NCBI GenBank assembly: GCA_036171915.1
Contig: JAVHRY010000138.1
Span: 2,890-66,889, forward strand
DNA length: 64,000 bases
DNA from: Elusimicrobiales bacterium
GTDB taxonomy: Bacteria; Elusimicrobiota; Elusimicrobia; Elusimicrobiales; UBA9959
Reading direction: 5' to 3'
The notes beneath the pieces were generated by a model. That model was not told the origin of the DNA. It worked only from the letters and a program-made list of their open reading frames with translations, and searched no databases. The position numbers and the translations under genes are program-made. Numbering within the stretch: the stretch's first letter is position 1; every line of letters begins with the position of its first letter. Positions 17,928 to 29,093 of the stretch are shown in pieces.

Positions 17928-18925
17928 TCCGGCAGCCCTATCCTGGACGGCGGCCAGTAAGTGAGCCAGGCTTTCCCTTTTATAAGGCTCTCCGGCACCG
18001 GGCCCCAGTAGCGGGAATCGCAGGAGCGGTCGCGGTTGTCGCCCATAACCATGTAGTGGCCCTTCGGCACGGTAACGGGCCCGAAATTATCCCTTATATA
18101 TTCGGAGAACATCTTGCCCAGCATCCGGTTTTCCCAGTAAGCCTGGTAATCCCTGGGCGCCACATTGTCCGTGGCCTTGGGGTAGCGGTAAAGGTCCAGG
18201 TACTGCGTGTAGGCCTCATCCTGGACCAGGACCCCGTTGACATAAGCGCGCCCGGCTTTGACTTCCACGATATCGCCCGGCATCCCGACTACCCGCTTGA
18301 TAAAATCCTTTCCGTACTGGCTCCCGCCGCACTGGAACTCGCGCGGGTCCTCGGAAGGGAACTGGAAGACCACGATATCGCCGCGTTTAACGTGCCTGAA
18401 TTTCAGGATCTTGGTTTTAGTGTAGGGGATGCGGAAACCATAAACGAACTTGTTTACGAACAGGTGGTCGCCCACGAGGAAAGTTTTTTCCATAGACCCG
18501 GAGGGGATCTTGAAGGCCTGCACGAACAGGTACATTACCACCGAAGCCAGCAGCACCGCGGAGAATACCGTCTCCGACCATTCCATGTCCACCTTTATGG
18601 CTTCGGTCAGGGCATCTTTATTTTTTCCTTTCTCCCCCGCGCCGCTTTTCCAAAGGGCGTAGGCCGCGCCCGCGCAGGCGGCCAAGAGCCCGTACGTAAG
18701 CTGCTTTCCCGAGAAAAGCACGGCCGTAACCACGTCGCCGCGGCTGTTATCCAGGCTGACGGCTAGAAGGATCATGCCGGTAAACGAGATAAGGGCGGCG
18801 AACACGGCGTGCCAGGCCCGCGTAAAAAGCCCCCCGTCCTTAAATAACTCTTTTTCCCTGAAATGGCGGGAAAGGAACAGGTGGATCCCCATCACTATGC
18901 CTATCCAAAAAAGTTTTTCTTCCAT
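17924..18925 (-). CDS. lepB: signal peptidase I
   Basis: 333 aa. Catalytic Ser box is IPSGSMEKT, Lys box is KRVVGMPGD, and GDNRDRSCDSRYWG is box E. It has an extended multi-TM N-terminus and a 4-nt overlap with the metF start. Confidence 0.9.
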   Translation of the reverse strand: MEEKLFWIGIVMGIHLFLSRHFREKELFKDGGLFTRAWHAVFAALISFTGMILLAVSLDNSRGDVVTAVLFSGKQLTYGLLAACAGAAYALWKSGAGEKGKNKDALTEAIKVDMEWSETVFSAVLLASVVMYLFVQAFKIPSGSMEKTFLVGDHLFVNKFVYGFRIPYTKTKILKFRHVKRGDIVVFQFPSEDPREFQCGGSQYGKDFIKRVVGMPGDIVEVKAGRAYVNGVLVQDEAYTQYLDLYRYPKATDNVAPRDYQAYWENRMLGKMFSEYIRDNFGPVTVPKGHYMVMGDNRDRSCDSRYWGPVPESLIKGKAWLTYWPPSRIGLPE

Positions 18926-19046
18926 GTTAAATTATCTCCATTTGATGAAACGGCTTAATTAAATATTTTTCCTATAACCGCGAAGCGTAAAGCGGAAAGA
19001 GTTTTCCAGGGGTTCCTTATGGTTCTATACGCTTCCCGCTTCACGA

Positions 19047-20861
<1,815 letters not shown>

Positions 20862-20955
20862 AAAGTCGTACAGTGTGAAGCGTAAAGAGCAAAGCTTAAA
20901 GAGCCATAAAGAACTCCTGAAAAATTCTTTACGCTTTCCGCTCCGCGCTTCCCGG

Positions 20956-22683
20956 TCATTTCACCTCTTCCTCCACCAGGCGGCGTATTTCGTCGGCGGT
21001 AGGGAGCCCCAGCGCGCTCTGGGCCAGCCCGGAGAATTTCTCGAAGTTCATGGCCCGCACCGAGTGCTTGGCGCGCAGGTACATCTTGGCCGGCACGGAC
21101 AGCACGTCCACGCCCAGCCCAACCAGCAGCGGGATGGCGAACGGGTCGGAGGCCATTTCGCCGCAGACGGACACCGGCTTGCCTTTCTTGTGCGCGGTCT
21201 GCACCACCAGGTTTATAAGCCGCAGCACCGCCGGGTGGAAGGGCTCATAGAGCTCCGACACGTACTGGTTTATGCGGTCCACGGCCAGCGTGTACTGCAC
21301 CAGGTCGTTGGTGCCGATGGAAACGAAGTCGATGTCGCCCAGCAGGGAGTCGAGGATGATCGCGGCAGCGGGGATCTCTACCATCACGCCGAGTTCCGGC
21401 ACGTGCTTAACCTGGAACCCCTCTTCCGCCAGCTCCGTCTTCACTTCCTGCGCCACTTTCTTGACCGTAACCAGTTCGTCGGCGGAGGAGAGCATCGGGA
21501 TCATGATCTTTATGTTCCCGGCGGTATTCGCCTTGTAGATGGCGCGCAGCTGCGTCTTGAGGAGGTCGGGGTATTTTATGAAGAGCCTGATGCCGCGGAA
21601 CCCCATAAAGGGGTTGCGCTCGTCCTTAAGCCCCTTTATCCCCAGCTGCGTGGCGCGGTCGCCGCCGATATCGGCGGTGCGGATGGTAAGCGGGATGCCG
21701 GGGGCCGCCGCCGCCACGGCGGAGTAGGCCTTAAGCTGCTCCTCTTCCGAAGGAACGGAGTCGCGGTTCATATAAATGGATTCCGTGCGGTAAAGGCCCA
21801 CGCCTTCGGCTTTTACGGCGGCAAGTTCGTGCGCGTCCGCGGAAGAGTCCAGGTTCACCATAAGGCTTATCTTGTGCCCGTCGCGCGTGGTGGCGGGCAG
21901 GCCTTTCAGGCGGTGGAAGAAGATCTCCTGCTTCTGCAGCTCCTCTTTGCGCGCCTTGTATTTCTCTATTATTTCAGGAGAGGGCGAGATAATGACCATG
22001 CCCTGTTCGCCGTCCACTATCAGCGTGTCCCCGCTTTGTATCTGCCGGCTGATATCGGACAAGCCCACCACCGCCGGGATCCCCATGCTCTGGGCGAAGA
22101 TGGAGGTGTGGCTGGACTTCGAGCCCAGATCGGTGCAGAAACCCAGCACCTTGTTTGACTCGCGGATGTGCAGGGTGTCGGACGGATAGAGGCTGTGCGC
22201 CACTATTATCACCGGCTCTTTCAGATCTTTCAGCGACACCTTTTCGCTTTTAACCAGGTTCGCTATTATTTTTTTGCCCACGTCAAAAACGTCGTGCTTG
22301 CGCTCGTGGAAGAATTCGTCGTCTATTTTCTCGAACTGTTCCTCGGCCTGGTCCAGTATCTCGGAGAGCGCGAACTCCGCGTTAATTCCCTTGGACATTA
22401 TCAACCTGGGAACTTCCTTGGTGATCAGCGGGTCCTGCAGTATAAGGTGGTGCGCGTCTATGAGCTTGGCGTGATTTTTGCCCAGCACGGTAAGTATTTT
22501 ACTCCGTATGGCGTCCAGGTCCAGTTTGGTCTTATCCAGCGCTTCCTTGAAGCGCTTGACCTCGGCCTTCAGCTTTTCAGGCGGGATCTCTTTCTGCTCT
22601 ATGAGGATGTTTTCCTCTTTTACTATATGCGCCTTGCCTATGGCTATGCCAAGGCTCGCAGCTATCCCTTTTTTTATAAGCAT
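20956..22683 (-). CDS. ptsI: phosphoenolpyruvate-protein phosphotransferase (PTS Enzyme I)
   Basis: 575 aa. Active-site His region is GSKSSHTSIFAQSMGIPAVVG. PEP-utilising C-terminal TIM-barrel motifs are FVSIGTNDLVQYTLAVDR and CGEMASDP. Confidence 0.95.
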   Translation of the reverse strand: MLIKKGIAASLGIAIGKAHIVKEENILIEQKEIPPEKLKAEVKRFKEALDKTKLDLDAIRSKILTVLGKNHAKLIDAHHLILQDPLITKEVPRLIMSKGINAEFALSEILDQAEEQFEKIDDEFFHERKHDVFDVGKKIIANLVKSEKVSLKDLKEPVIIVAHSLYPSDTLHIRESNKVLGFCTDLGSKSSHTSIFAQSMGIPAVVGLSDISRQIQSGDTLIVDGEQGMVIISPSPEIIEKYKARKEELQKQEIFFHRLKGLPATTRDGHKISLMVNLDSSADAHELAAVKAEGVGLYRTESIYMNRDSVPSEEEQLKAYSAVAAAAPGIPLTIRTADIGGDRATQLGIKGLKDERNPFMGFRGIRLFIKYPDLLKTQLRAIYKANTAGNIKIMIPMLSSADELVTVKKVAQEVKTELAEEGFQVKHVPELGVMVEIPAAAIILDSLLGDIDFVSIGTNDLVQYTLAVDRINQYVSELYEPFHPAVLRLINLVVQTAHKKGKPVSVCGEMASDPFAIPLLVGLGVDVLSVPAKMYLRAKHSVRAMNFEKFSGLAQSALGLPTADEIRRLVEEEVK

Positions 22684-22695
22684 AAATAGCTCCGC

Positions 22696-22962
22696 TTAGT
22701 CTTCGTCGAATTTCTTCGCGAAAAGTTCTTCTATAGCGCGCACCGCTTCGGCCTCGTCTTTGCCATTAGCCGTCACCCCTATAACGCTGCCCTTGCCGGC
22801 CGCAAGCGTCATTATTCCCATGATGCTCTTGGCGTTAACCTCCATGCCGTCTTTCACCAGTTTAATGTCGCAGATAAACCTGGAGGAGGTGTTGGCTATC
22901 ATGCCCGCCGGGCGCGCGTGGATGCCCAGCTCGTTTATTATGGTTATCTCTCTTTTTATCAT
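22696..22962 (-). CDS. ptsH: phosphocarrier protein HPr
   Basis: 88 aa. The His15 motif is GIHARPA. The Ser46 regulatory motif NAKSIMGIM is present, consistent with the adjacent HprK. Confidence 0.9.
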   Translation of the reverse strand: MIKREITIINELGIHARPAGMIANTSSRFICDIKLVKDGMEVNAKSIMGIMTLAAGKGSVIGVTANGKDEAEAVRAIEELFAKKFDED

Positions 22963-23816
22963 AGGTATTGCTTTAAAGACTCCAACTTAAAAACGCTGAA
23001 GAACAATATGGACACCACAAGCAGCAGGCCGGCCGAAAAGAAAATGGAACGCCCGAAAGCGCGGGAAACGCGGTGCAGCACAAGCACGGCCAGCGGCAGC
23101 CCAAGCCTGAACGGCAGGTCCGCGCTTAAGGGGAAACCGACATTAAGCCCTACAAGCAGCCCGAAAGCGAGGAGGGCGATGGTCACCGACATGGCAAATC
23201 CCGCGGTACTAAGCCACCTTATTATCCCGCCCCAGTTGGCGGAGTCCAAACCGCAGGCGGACGAGCCTCCGCAGCTGTAGCCCGCCAGCAGCCCTTTCCA
23301 GCGCCAGTAAACGGAGAAAGCAGAATACACGGCGATGCCCGAAAGCGGGCCGGCCAGCAGCAGGGCCGTGGAAGGCCTGTCGTTAAAACCGGTAAAAAGC
23401 CAGCCGTAGAACCCGCCTATAGCCCAGACCAGCAGGCAGAGCTGGGTCGTTATGGGTTTAAGCCGGCCCCAGAAGATCCTGTCGCCGATAGAGGCAAAAC
23501 TGGACGCCAGCGCCTGCTTAACCCCCGGCATGGTCTTAAGCTCGGCCTCGGGGTCGGGGGCCGCGGCCGCGCCCTCCTCTATGCGCACGATATTCCCCAG
23601 CACAAAGGCGGCCATGTAAGGCTGTGTATTGAAAATCTGCAGGTGCCGCAGCAGGGCGGCTTTAAGTTTGCCCTTATCCGGACAGATGCGTTCAAGCGCC
23701 GGCTGCAGCGAAAAAGCAAAACCCAGGTTCTGGAACCTTTCATAGTTCCAGCCAGCCTGGATGAAAAACGACCTTAAAAATATCTTAAAAAACATATAAA
23801 TTCTTAACGCCTGCAA
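22959..23816 (-). CDS. PTS mannose/fructose/sorbose family EIID component
   Basis: 285 aa. FLRSFFIQAGWNYERFQNLGFAFSLQP matches the ManZ-type signature (SWNYERMQNLGF). It is polytopic. Confidence 0.8.
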   Translation of the reverse strand: MQALRIYMFFKIFLRSFFIQAGWNYERFQNLGFAFSLQPALERICPDKGKLKAALLRHLQIFNTQPYMAAFVLGNIVRIEEGAAAAPDPEAELKTMPGVKQALASSFASIGDRIFWGRLKPITTQLCLLVWAIGGFYGWLFTGFNDRPSTALLLAGPLSGIAVYSAFSVYWRWKGLLAGYSCGGSSACGLDSANWGGIIRWLSTAGFAMSVTIALLAFGLLVGLNVGFPLSADLPFRLGLPLAVLVLHRVSRAFGRSIFFSAGLLLVVSILFFSVFKLESLKQYL

Positions 23817-23834
23817 ACTCCTGGGGCTGTCACC

Positions 23835-24449
23835 TCAGCCTTTCTTATACACCTGCGTCCTGAACCTGAAATAAAGGCCGGAAAGCCCCAACCAGGGCAT
23901 GAACGAATAAGCTAAAGCCGCCCCGGGGTAGATACGGCAGATCCCGGGCAGGGCGGCCGCCGCCGCAGCACAGGCCGTAACCGCCAGCACATAAGCGCCT
24001 AAGGCCGCGTTCTCCGCCAGCATGGCTTTAGCAAGCCAGCGGTGGAGCACAAAATCCCCGTTCCTGACCTGTTCCTCTACGGCGGCGTTCCAGACCGAAC
24101 GCGAGGCCCTCAGGCGCGATTCAAGCGGCCCGTAAAATGCCCCGGCGGCAAGCCCCGCGAAGAAGGAAAGCCCCTGGGGAAGGCCGCCGGCGGAATGCGC
24201 AAGCACTCCCACGGCCGCGGCTACGGTCCCGTTGGGCGGAACAACCCCGCCCACCGGGATAAAATCGATATAAAGCAGCTCGAGCAATATCCCCAGGCGC
24301 GCGCCCTCAAGCGGGCAGCCGTTGAGCCAGCCAAGCGCCACGCCGACAAAAGCCGGGCGCGAAAGAAGGAACTGCCCGGCCTGCACAGCGTCCAGCCCGA
24401 GGAGGCCGGCCAGGGCGCTGGAAATTATTGTTTTAAGAAGCATCGTCAC
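23835..24449 (-). CDS. PTS mannose family EIIC component (short, 204 aa)
   Basis: LDAVQAGQFLLSRPAFVGVALGWLNG resembles the ManY N-terminal block (LD....GQ.M.SRP...G...G...G). It is hydrophobic throughout. Confidence 0.7.
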   Translation of the reverse strand: MTMLLKTIISSALAGLLGLDAVQAGQFLLSRPAFVGVALGWLNGCPLEGARLGILLELLYIDFIPVGGVVPPNGTVAAAVGVLAHSAGGLPQGLSFFAGLAAGAFYGPLESRLRASRSVWNAAVEEQVRNGDFVLHRWLAKAMLAENAALGAYVLAVTACAAAAAALPGICRIYPGAALAYSFMPWLGLSGLYFRFRTQVYKKG

Positions 24450-24493
24450 AGCGGCCTCGCGTCCGCGGTCTTTGTGTTGGCCGGCGGGCCACG

Positions 24494-24970
24494 CTACGCT
24501 ATCGCCGCCATCAGATTCAACGGGGTGTCCGAGGGCACGCCCCTGCCTTCTATTTTCACTCCGGCCGCGGAAAGCGCTTTAAGCGCCGCGCAGTCGGCTT
24601 CGTTCAGAAAAATCGCCTTACCGATGGAAAAATTTTTCCCGGCGGAATAATGCATGCCGCCTATATTAAGCTCCGGTATTTTCACGCCCTTAGCCAGCAG
24701 GGCCCGGGCCTCTCCGAGGCCCGGGAGAAGCAGGAGCACCTTCTTCCCCGATCTCTCCGCTTCCGGCAGGTAAACCGCAGCCTCGTCCACCGTCATTATT
24801 TTCAGGTCCACGCCTTCGGGCGTGGCAAAACGCATGATAGTGCGGCGCATCTCGTCCCCGGCTATCTCGTCCGACACCACGGCCAGTTCTTCGGCGCGGA
24901 GGTGCGGCACCCAGCCTTCCACGACCTGGCCGTGCACCAGCCTGTCGTCAACCCTGTAGAGAATAATCAT
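24494..24970 (-). CDS. PTS mannose family EIIB component
   Basis: 158 aa. MIILYRVDDRLVHGQVVEGW is the sorbose/mannose-type IIB phospho-His motif (R.DDRL.HGQV). Confidence 0.85.
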   Translation of the reverse strand: MIILYRVDDRLVHGQVVEGWVPHLRAEELAVVSDEIAGDEMRRTIMRFATPEGVDLKIMTVDEAAVYLPEAERSGKKVLLLLPGLGEARALLAKGVKIPELNIGGMHYSAGKNFSIGKAIFLNEADCAALKALSAAGVKIEGRGVPSDTPLNLMAAIA

Positions 24971-24982
24971 TGTTGCGGGTCC

Positions 24983-25390
24983 TCACTTTTTAATCAGGAG
25001 GCTTTTCACTTCACAGATAGCCTTGCGGCCGTCCACCATGATCTTTTCGACAAGCCGGTCGAAATCCAGGGACTGCCTGTAGGCGAAAGCGGAAGTCATC
25101 ATGTTTATATTGACTCCGCAGATAACGGCGCTTTCTTCTATGTCTTTGGCCATCGGCAGCACCACGTTCATGGGCGTGCCGCCCGGCATATCTATGAGAA
25201 AAACAAGGCCGTCGGCGGAGCGCATTTCCTCTATGGCGCCGGCCACGGCCTCTTTTACCTTCTCCAGCGTCATGCGGGGAGAAATTGAAACATTTTTAAG
25301 CCCGGCGGGCTGCACCCCTACTATTCCTTCGGCCGCCTCTATAAGATACGCGCCGAATTCACCGTGGGTAAGAACGATTATATTTATCAT
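24983..25390 (-). CDS. PTS mannose family EIIA component
   Basis: 135 aa. MINIIVLTHGEFG (His10-type site) and ...FLIDMPGGTP are typical of EIIA-Man. Confidence 0.8.
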   Translation of the reverse strand: MINIIVLTHGEFGAYLIEAAEGIVGVQPAGLKNVSISPRMTLEKVKEAVAGAIEEMRSADGLVFLIDMPGGTPMNVVLPMAKDIEESAVICGVNINMMTSAFAYRQSLDFDRLVEKIMVDGRKAICEVKSLLIKK

Positions 25391-25423
25391 GGAACCAGGA
25401 CCCCATCCTTCATCTTTCAGCCT

Positions 25424-26287
25424 TTATTTGCGGATATCCCTATGGTACTCGGAAACGGAAAAACCGCCGGCCGCAAGTTTTTTAACTATTTCCCCGGCGA
25501 TATAGACGCTGCGGTGGCGGCCGCCCGTACAGCCGATGGCTATGGTAAGGTAGGACTTCCCCTCCTTCACGTAAAGCGGCAGCAGGTCTTTTATCTGCCT
25601 GGTATAATTCTTAAGGAAGCCGCGGAAGCCCGGCTTGCCCCTGAGGTAGCGGCCCACCGGTGCGTCCAGCCCGGTCTTAGCCCTGAGCGAGGCCACGTAA
25701 TACGGGTTGGGCAGGAAGCGCACATCCATTACGATATCGGCGTCCAGCGGGATGCCGTACTTATAACCGAATGAAATAACAGAAAGCTTCATCTCCGCCG
25801 TGCGCCTGAGCTCGAGCATGCCGGAGAGAGTTTCCTTCAGTTCTCCCAGCGTAAGCTTCGAGGTGTCTATAACCCTGTTGGCGCGGGCCTTGAGCTCGCA
25901 GAGGATGTGGCGCTCTTCTTTTACGGCCGCCGCGATATTCTTGCCGAGCGGGTGGCGGTGGCGCGTCTCGGAGAAGCGCTGCATCAGCACGGAGTCGGCG
26001 GCGTCCAGGAAGATCACCCGGCAGTCCAGGCCCAGCTTGCCCAGGTTATCCAGCGTGCGCACGAAATCCTTGAAGAACCGCCCCTCGCGGATGTCTATGC
26101 CCAGGGCGACGTTCCGAAGGTAGCGGCGCGAATTTATAAGCCCCGCGAACTCCGGGATAAGGGTTATGGGCAGGTTGTCAACGCAGTAAAAGCCCAGGTC
26201 CTCGAAGGACTTCAGGGCCTGGCTCTTGCCGGCCCCGGACATCCCCGTAATTATGAAAATCTTTCCTTTAGCTTTTATTTTTCCCAT
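25424..26287 (-). CDS. rapZ: RNase adapter protein RapZ (YvcJ/YhbJ family P-loop NTPase)
   Basis: 287 aa. Walker A is ITGMSGAGKS, followed by FYCVDNLP. The C-terminal signature is IGCTGGRHRSV. Confidence 0.9.
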   Translation of the reverse strand: MGKIKAKGKIFIITGMSGAGKSQALKSFEDLGFYCVDNLPITLIPEFAGLINSRRYLRNVALGIDIREGRFFKDFVRTLDNLGKLGLDCRVIFLDAADSVLMQRFSETRHRHPLGKNIAAAVKEERHILCELKARANRVIDTSKLTLGELKETLSGMLELRRTAEMKLSVISFGYKYGIPLDADIVMDVRFLPNPYYVASLRAKTGLDAPVGRYLRGKPGFRGFLKNYTRQIKDLLPLYVKEGKSYLTIAIGCTGGRHRSVYIAGEIVKKLAAGGFSVSEYHRDIRK

Positions 26288-26295
26288 GGCGGACT

Positions 26296-27261
26296 TTATT
26301 TTTTCCCCATTTCCCTGATAAGGCCCTCGTTAAATTTCTTGGCGACAAAATAACCCTGGTTCTTAAGGCGCTGGTTAAGCGCGGCCACTTCTATGAGAAC
26401 GGCAAGATTCCTGCCGGGAGTGACCGGCAGCCTCAGCGAGGAAACAGGCACGTCCAGGATATTAACCTCGGCCGCCGCCAGCCCCGTGCGGTCATAGTTG
26501 CCCAGCGAGCCTGAAGTCACGCTTTCCAGCTTCACGTGCATTTCTATCAGCGACTGGTCCATAATGGACCCGATGCCGAAGAGGAGTTCAACGTCGATAA
26601 TGCCCAGCCCGCGCACTTCCATGTAATGCTTTATGTTCTTGGGCGAATTGCCCACCAGCATGTAGCCTATGCGCCGCTTCACCTCGACCACGTCGTCGGC
26701 GATAAGGATGTGCCCGCGCTTTAAAAGCTCCAGAGCGCATTCGGACTTGCCGACGCCGGAGTCGCCCTGTATCAGCACGCCCAGCCCGTAGACGTTAACC
26801 AGCACGCCGTGCACGTAGGTGATGGCAGCCAGCTGGTCGTCCAGGTAAATGGTGAGCTCGCGGATAAAAGCGGAGGTGTCTTCGCTGGTGACCAGCAGCG
26901 GGATACCGGCCTTGGCGCAGGCCTGTTTTATCACCGGCAGCGGTTTAACGCCGCCGGTCACTATCACGCAGGGGATGTCCGGCGCCGAGAACATTTTCTG
27001 CAGATTGGCCAGGACCTTGCGCGAATCCTCTTTCTGGCAGTAGGCGTACTCACCCTGGCCTATTATCTGTATGCGCTCCGAGCGGAACTGCTCCATGTGC
27101 CCGGCGATGGCCAGCCCCGGCCGGTTTATCTCGCTGACGACCACCCGGCGGCCCAGATCCTTCTTGCCCGACGCGGACTTAAGCCCCAGGACTTTGCCCC
27201 TGTGCTTAAGGAGTTCCCGTACAGTAATTGACTTGCCTTCTTTTTTAGCCGGCTGGGACAT
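26296..27261 (-). CDS. hprK: HPr kinase/phosphorylase
   Basis: 321 aa. Motifs are HGVLVNVYGLGVLIQGDSGVGKSECALEL (P-loop), IADDVVEV and MEVRGLGIIDV. Confidence 0.9.
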   Translation of the reverse strand: MSQPAKKEGKSITVRELLKHRGKVLGLKSASGKKDLGRRVVVSEINRPGLAIAGHMEQFRSERIQIIGQGEYAYCQKEDSRKVLANLQKMFSAPDIPCVIVTGGVKPLPVIKQACAKAGIPLLVTSEDTSAFIRELTIYLDDQLAAITYVHGVLVNVYGLGVLIQGDSGVGKSECALELLKRGHILIADDVVEVKRRIGYMLVGNSPKNIKHYMEVRGLGIIDVELLFGIGSIMDQSLIEMHVKLESVTSGSLGNYDRTGLAAAEVNILDVPVSSLRLPVTPGRNLAVLIEVAALNQRLKNQGYFVAKKFNEGLIREMGKK

Positions 27262-27278
27262 GGAGTTGCCTGGAACGG

Positions 27279-27797
27279 TTATTTCTTAACGGGCTGCAGC
27301 AGGCCGTAGGTGCTGTCCAGCCGCTTAAAAACCACCTGCAGCTGCTTGGAGCCTTTCTCCATGTACAGCCAGAAGTTAAAACCGAGCTTTTCCATTTCCA
27401 TCACAGCCTCTTCCCTGTTCATGGGCTTCAAGGGCACGTCTTTAACCACGGAGAAGCGTATTTCCGGGCCCACCAGGGTGGTAAATTCGCCCAGGTCCAC
27501 GGATTCGGCAGCGTGGTGGTCGGTAAAGCGCTCCTTGTACTTCTTGATCTGAATCTCTATTTTATCCATGGCCTTGTCTATGGCGGAGTACATCTCGTCG
27601 GATTCGGCCGCGGCCTTCATGGTCTGGTGGCCGGCGTGCACTACCACTTCCGCGGAATGTATCTTCTTTTCCACGCCCACGATGACCTGCGCCCAGACTA
27701 TGTTGTCCAGGTACTCATGCAGTTTCGAAAGCTTGGTTTCTATGAAGTCTTTTACCGGCTTGGTCATCTTCAGTTTGCGGGCTACTATATGTATTCT
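27279..27797 (-). CDS. hpf: ribosome hibernation promoting factor, long form
   Basis: I prefer the second ATG (27797), because the first ATG of ORF 27279..27812 lies inside its own GGAGGA RBS (atGGAGGAtacgATG). It has a RaiA/YfiA-type N-domain and a C-terminal dimerisation domain (KPMNREEAVMEMEKLGFNFWLYM). Confidence 0.85.
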   Translation of the reverse strand, partial: RIHIVARKLKMTKPVKDFIETKLSKLHEYLDNIVWAQVIVGVEKKIHSAEVVVHAGHQTMKAAAESDEMYSAIDKAMDKIEIQIKKYKERFTDHHAAESVDLGEFTTLVGPEIRFSVVKDVPLKPMNREEAVMEMEKLGFNFWLYMEKGSKQLQVVFKRLDSTYGLLQPVKK

Positions 27798-28054
27798 CAT
27801 CGTATCCTCCATAAGCTGTGTCTAAAACTAAAACAAGGCCATTCCCCCCTTACAAAGCGGGAATGTCTTGTTAATCATATTTTATTACATTTCCGCGCGG
27901 GTTGGGGGACGAATCTTTAAGAGGCCTGCGAATCGGGGAGCGAATGCCGGAAAACGCTTATTTAAACGAATCAATCTTTATTTTTCCAATTCGCGGCCTT
28001 TAAAGCGGCTTCGGCCGGGTGACTATCCGCGCAGACCTGTGCTATCATTATCGC

Positions 28055-28723
28055 ATGCGAATAGAAGCCAGGGGGCTGGTCAAGATCTTCCCCGCGCCGG
28101 TTTTGAGCGGCGGGGCGCCGCTGCGCGCCCTGGACGGGATAACTATTGAAGCCGGGCCGGGCGTAACCGGCCTGGAAGGCCCCAACGGCTGCGGCAAAAC
28201 CACGCTTTTAAAGACCCTGGCCGGGATATTAGAGCCTGACGGCGGGCAGCTAACGGCCTGCGGCGAGGCCGCCGGGGCGGGGCGACTCAGGGAATTTTCA
28301 GCCTATTGCCCGGCAAACCCGCGCGCCTTCTATTTCCGGCTGAGCGCAGGCGAGAACCTGCGTTTTTTCGGGGCACTGGCCGGCCTGAGCCCGGAGCAGG
28401 CCGCCGAACGCGCGGGCGCGCTGGCGCTGCGCCTCGGTCTTTCAGCCGCGGACCTTGGCCGCCGTTTTGACAGGCTTTCGGAAGGCAATATGCAGAAAGT
28501 GTCGCTGATAAGGGCCTTCTCGCGCCGGGCCGGGGTTTTGCTGCTGGACGAACCTTCCCGCGGGCTGGACAAAGACTCAGTTCTCGGCCTTGTGGAATTG
28601 ATAGCCGAAACCGGCAGGAGTTCAACGGTGCTGGTCTCCAGCCACAGCCATGAACTGCTGCGCGAAACTGCAGGCAGGATAATCACTTTAGAAGGCGGGA
28701 AAATCAAGAATGGGGAAAAATAG
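28055..28723 (+). CDS. ABC transporter ATP-binding protein
   Basis: Walker A is GPNGCGKTTLLKTLAG, signature is LSEGNMQKV and Walker B is LLLDEPSRGLD. The start is set at MRIEARGLVKIF (ATG 28055). The ORF could also start at GTG 28019. Neither start has a clear SD. Confidence 0.8.
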   Translation: MRIEARGLVKIFPAPVLSGGAPLRALDGITIEAGPGVTGLEGPNGCGKTTLLKTLAGILEPDGGQLTACGEAAGAGRLREFSAYCPANPRAFYFRLSAGENLRFFGALAGLSPEQAAERAGALALRLGLSAADLGRRFDRLSEGNMQKVSLIRAFSRRAGVLLLDEPSRGLDKDSVLGLVELIAETGRSSTVLVSSHSHELLRETAGRIITLEGGKIKNGEK

Positions 28724-28762
28724 CCGAAAAGAAGCACAAGAGGCGCAAGAAAAAAGCGCAGT

Positions 28763-29052
28763 CTGCCTGGGCGGCCGGAACGCAAAACGCGCTAGGAGCC
28801 TGTCCGACATAAGGCTTTCATGACGAAATTGCCGATTTTGGAGCCGAGCCGAAGCGACGCGGAACGAGCACCCTCGACGGAGGTTGTAAGTCGAGCGCCG
28901 CGAAGGCGCAGGACAAAAGCGGCAATTACAGGCGAAATCGCTTATGTCGGACAGGCTCCTAGGCCACACCGTGGCCCCGCTCCGTGTTCGCCCGCGGGGC
29001 TATGCAACCGGCGGGCTCTCCGAGGGTTTTGCTAACCCGGCCGCCCAGGCAG
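28763..29052. repeat. nested perfect inverted repeats (16-bp outer, 22-bp inner) forming a ~290-nt structured element between the ABC ATPase and permease genes
   Basis: Outer arms: CTGCCTGGGCGGCCGG at 28763..28778 pairs with 29037..29052. Inner arms: CTAGGAGCCTGTCCGACATAAG at 28792..28813 pairs with 28941..28962. A further imperfect pairing (AATTGCCG / CGGCAATT) extends the inner stem. Confidence 0.8.
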
Positions 29053-29093
29053 CCTATTGCTCTCATTAGGCAATTTTCAAGAAGAATAAAACG

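Noticed and set aside
20927-20940. A 14-nt exact match, CTTTACGCTTTCCG, is shared between the ptsI-lepA spacer and the reverse strand of 31346..31359 (the signal-peptide region of the PorV-like gene).
   Set aside because: Exact 14-mers shared by chance are expected several times in 2 x 64 kb. The second copy is ordinary coding sequence (LFTLCALRFPA), so there is no evidence of a shared element.
27813-28054. I looked for a sigma54 (TGGCAC-N5-TTGC) promoter or an rpoN remnant upstream of hpf, because hpf/rapZ/PTS genes often follow rpoN.
   Set aside because: No GG-N10-GC element with acceptable flanks was found by eye, and no rpoN-like coding sequence is present. The region is simply a divergent intergenic spacer.
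28820-29035. A 71-aa ORF lies inside the ABC intergenic element.
   Set aside because: It is R/P/A-rich, has no RBS, and spans the inverted-repeat arms. It is more plausibly a by-product of the structured repeat than a gene.
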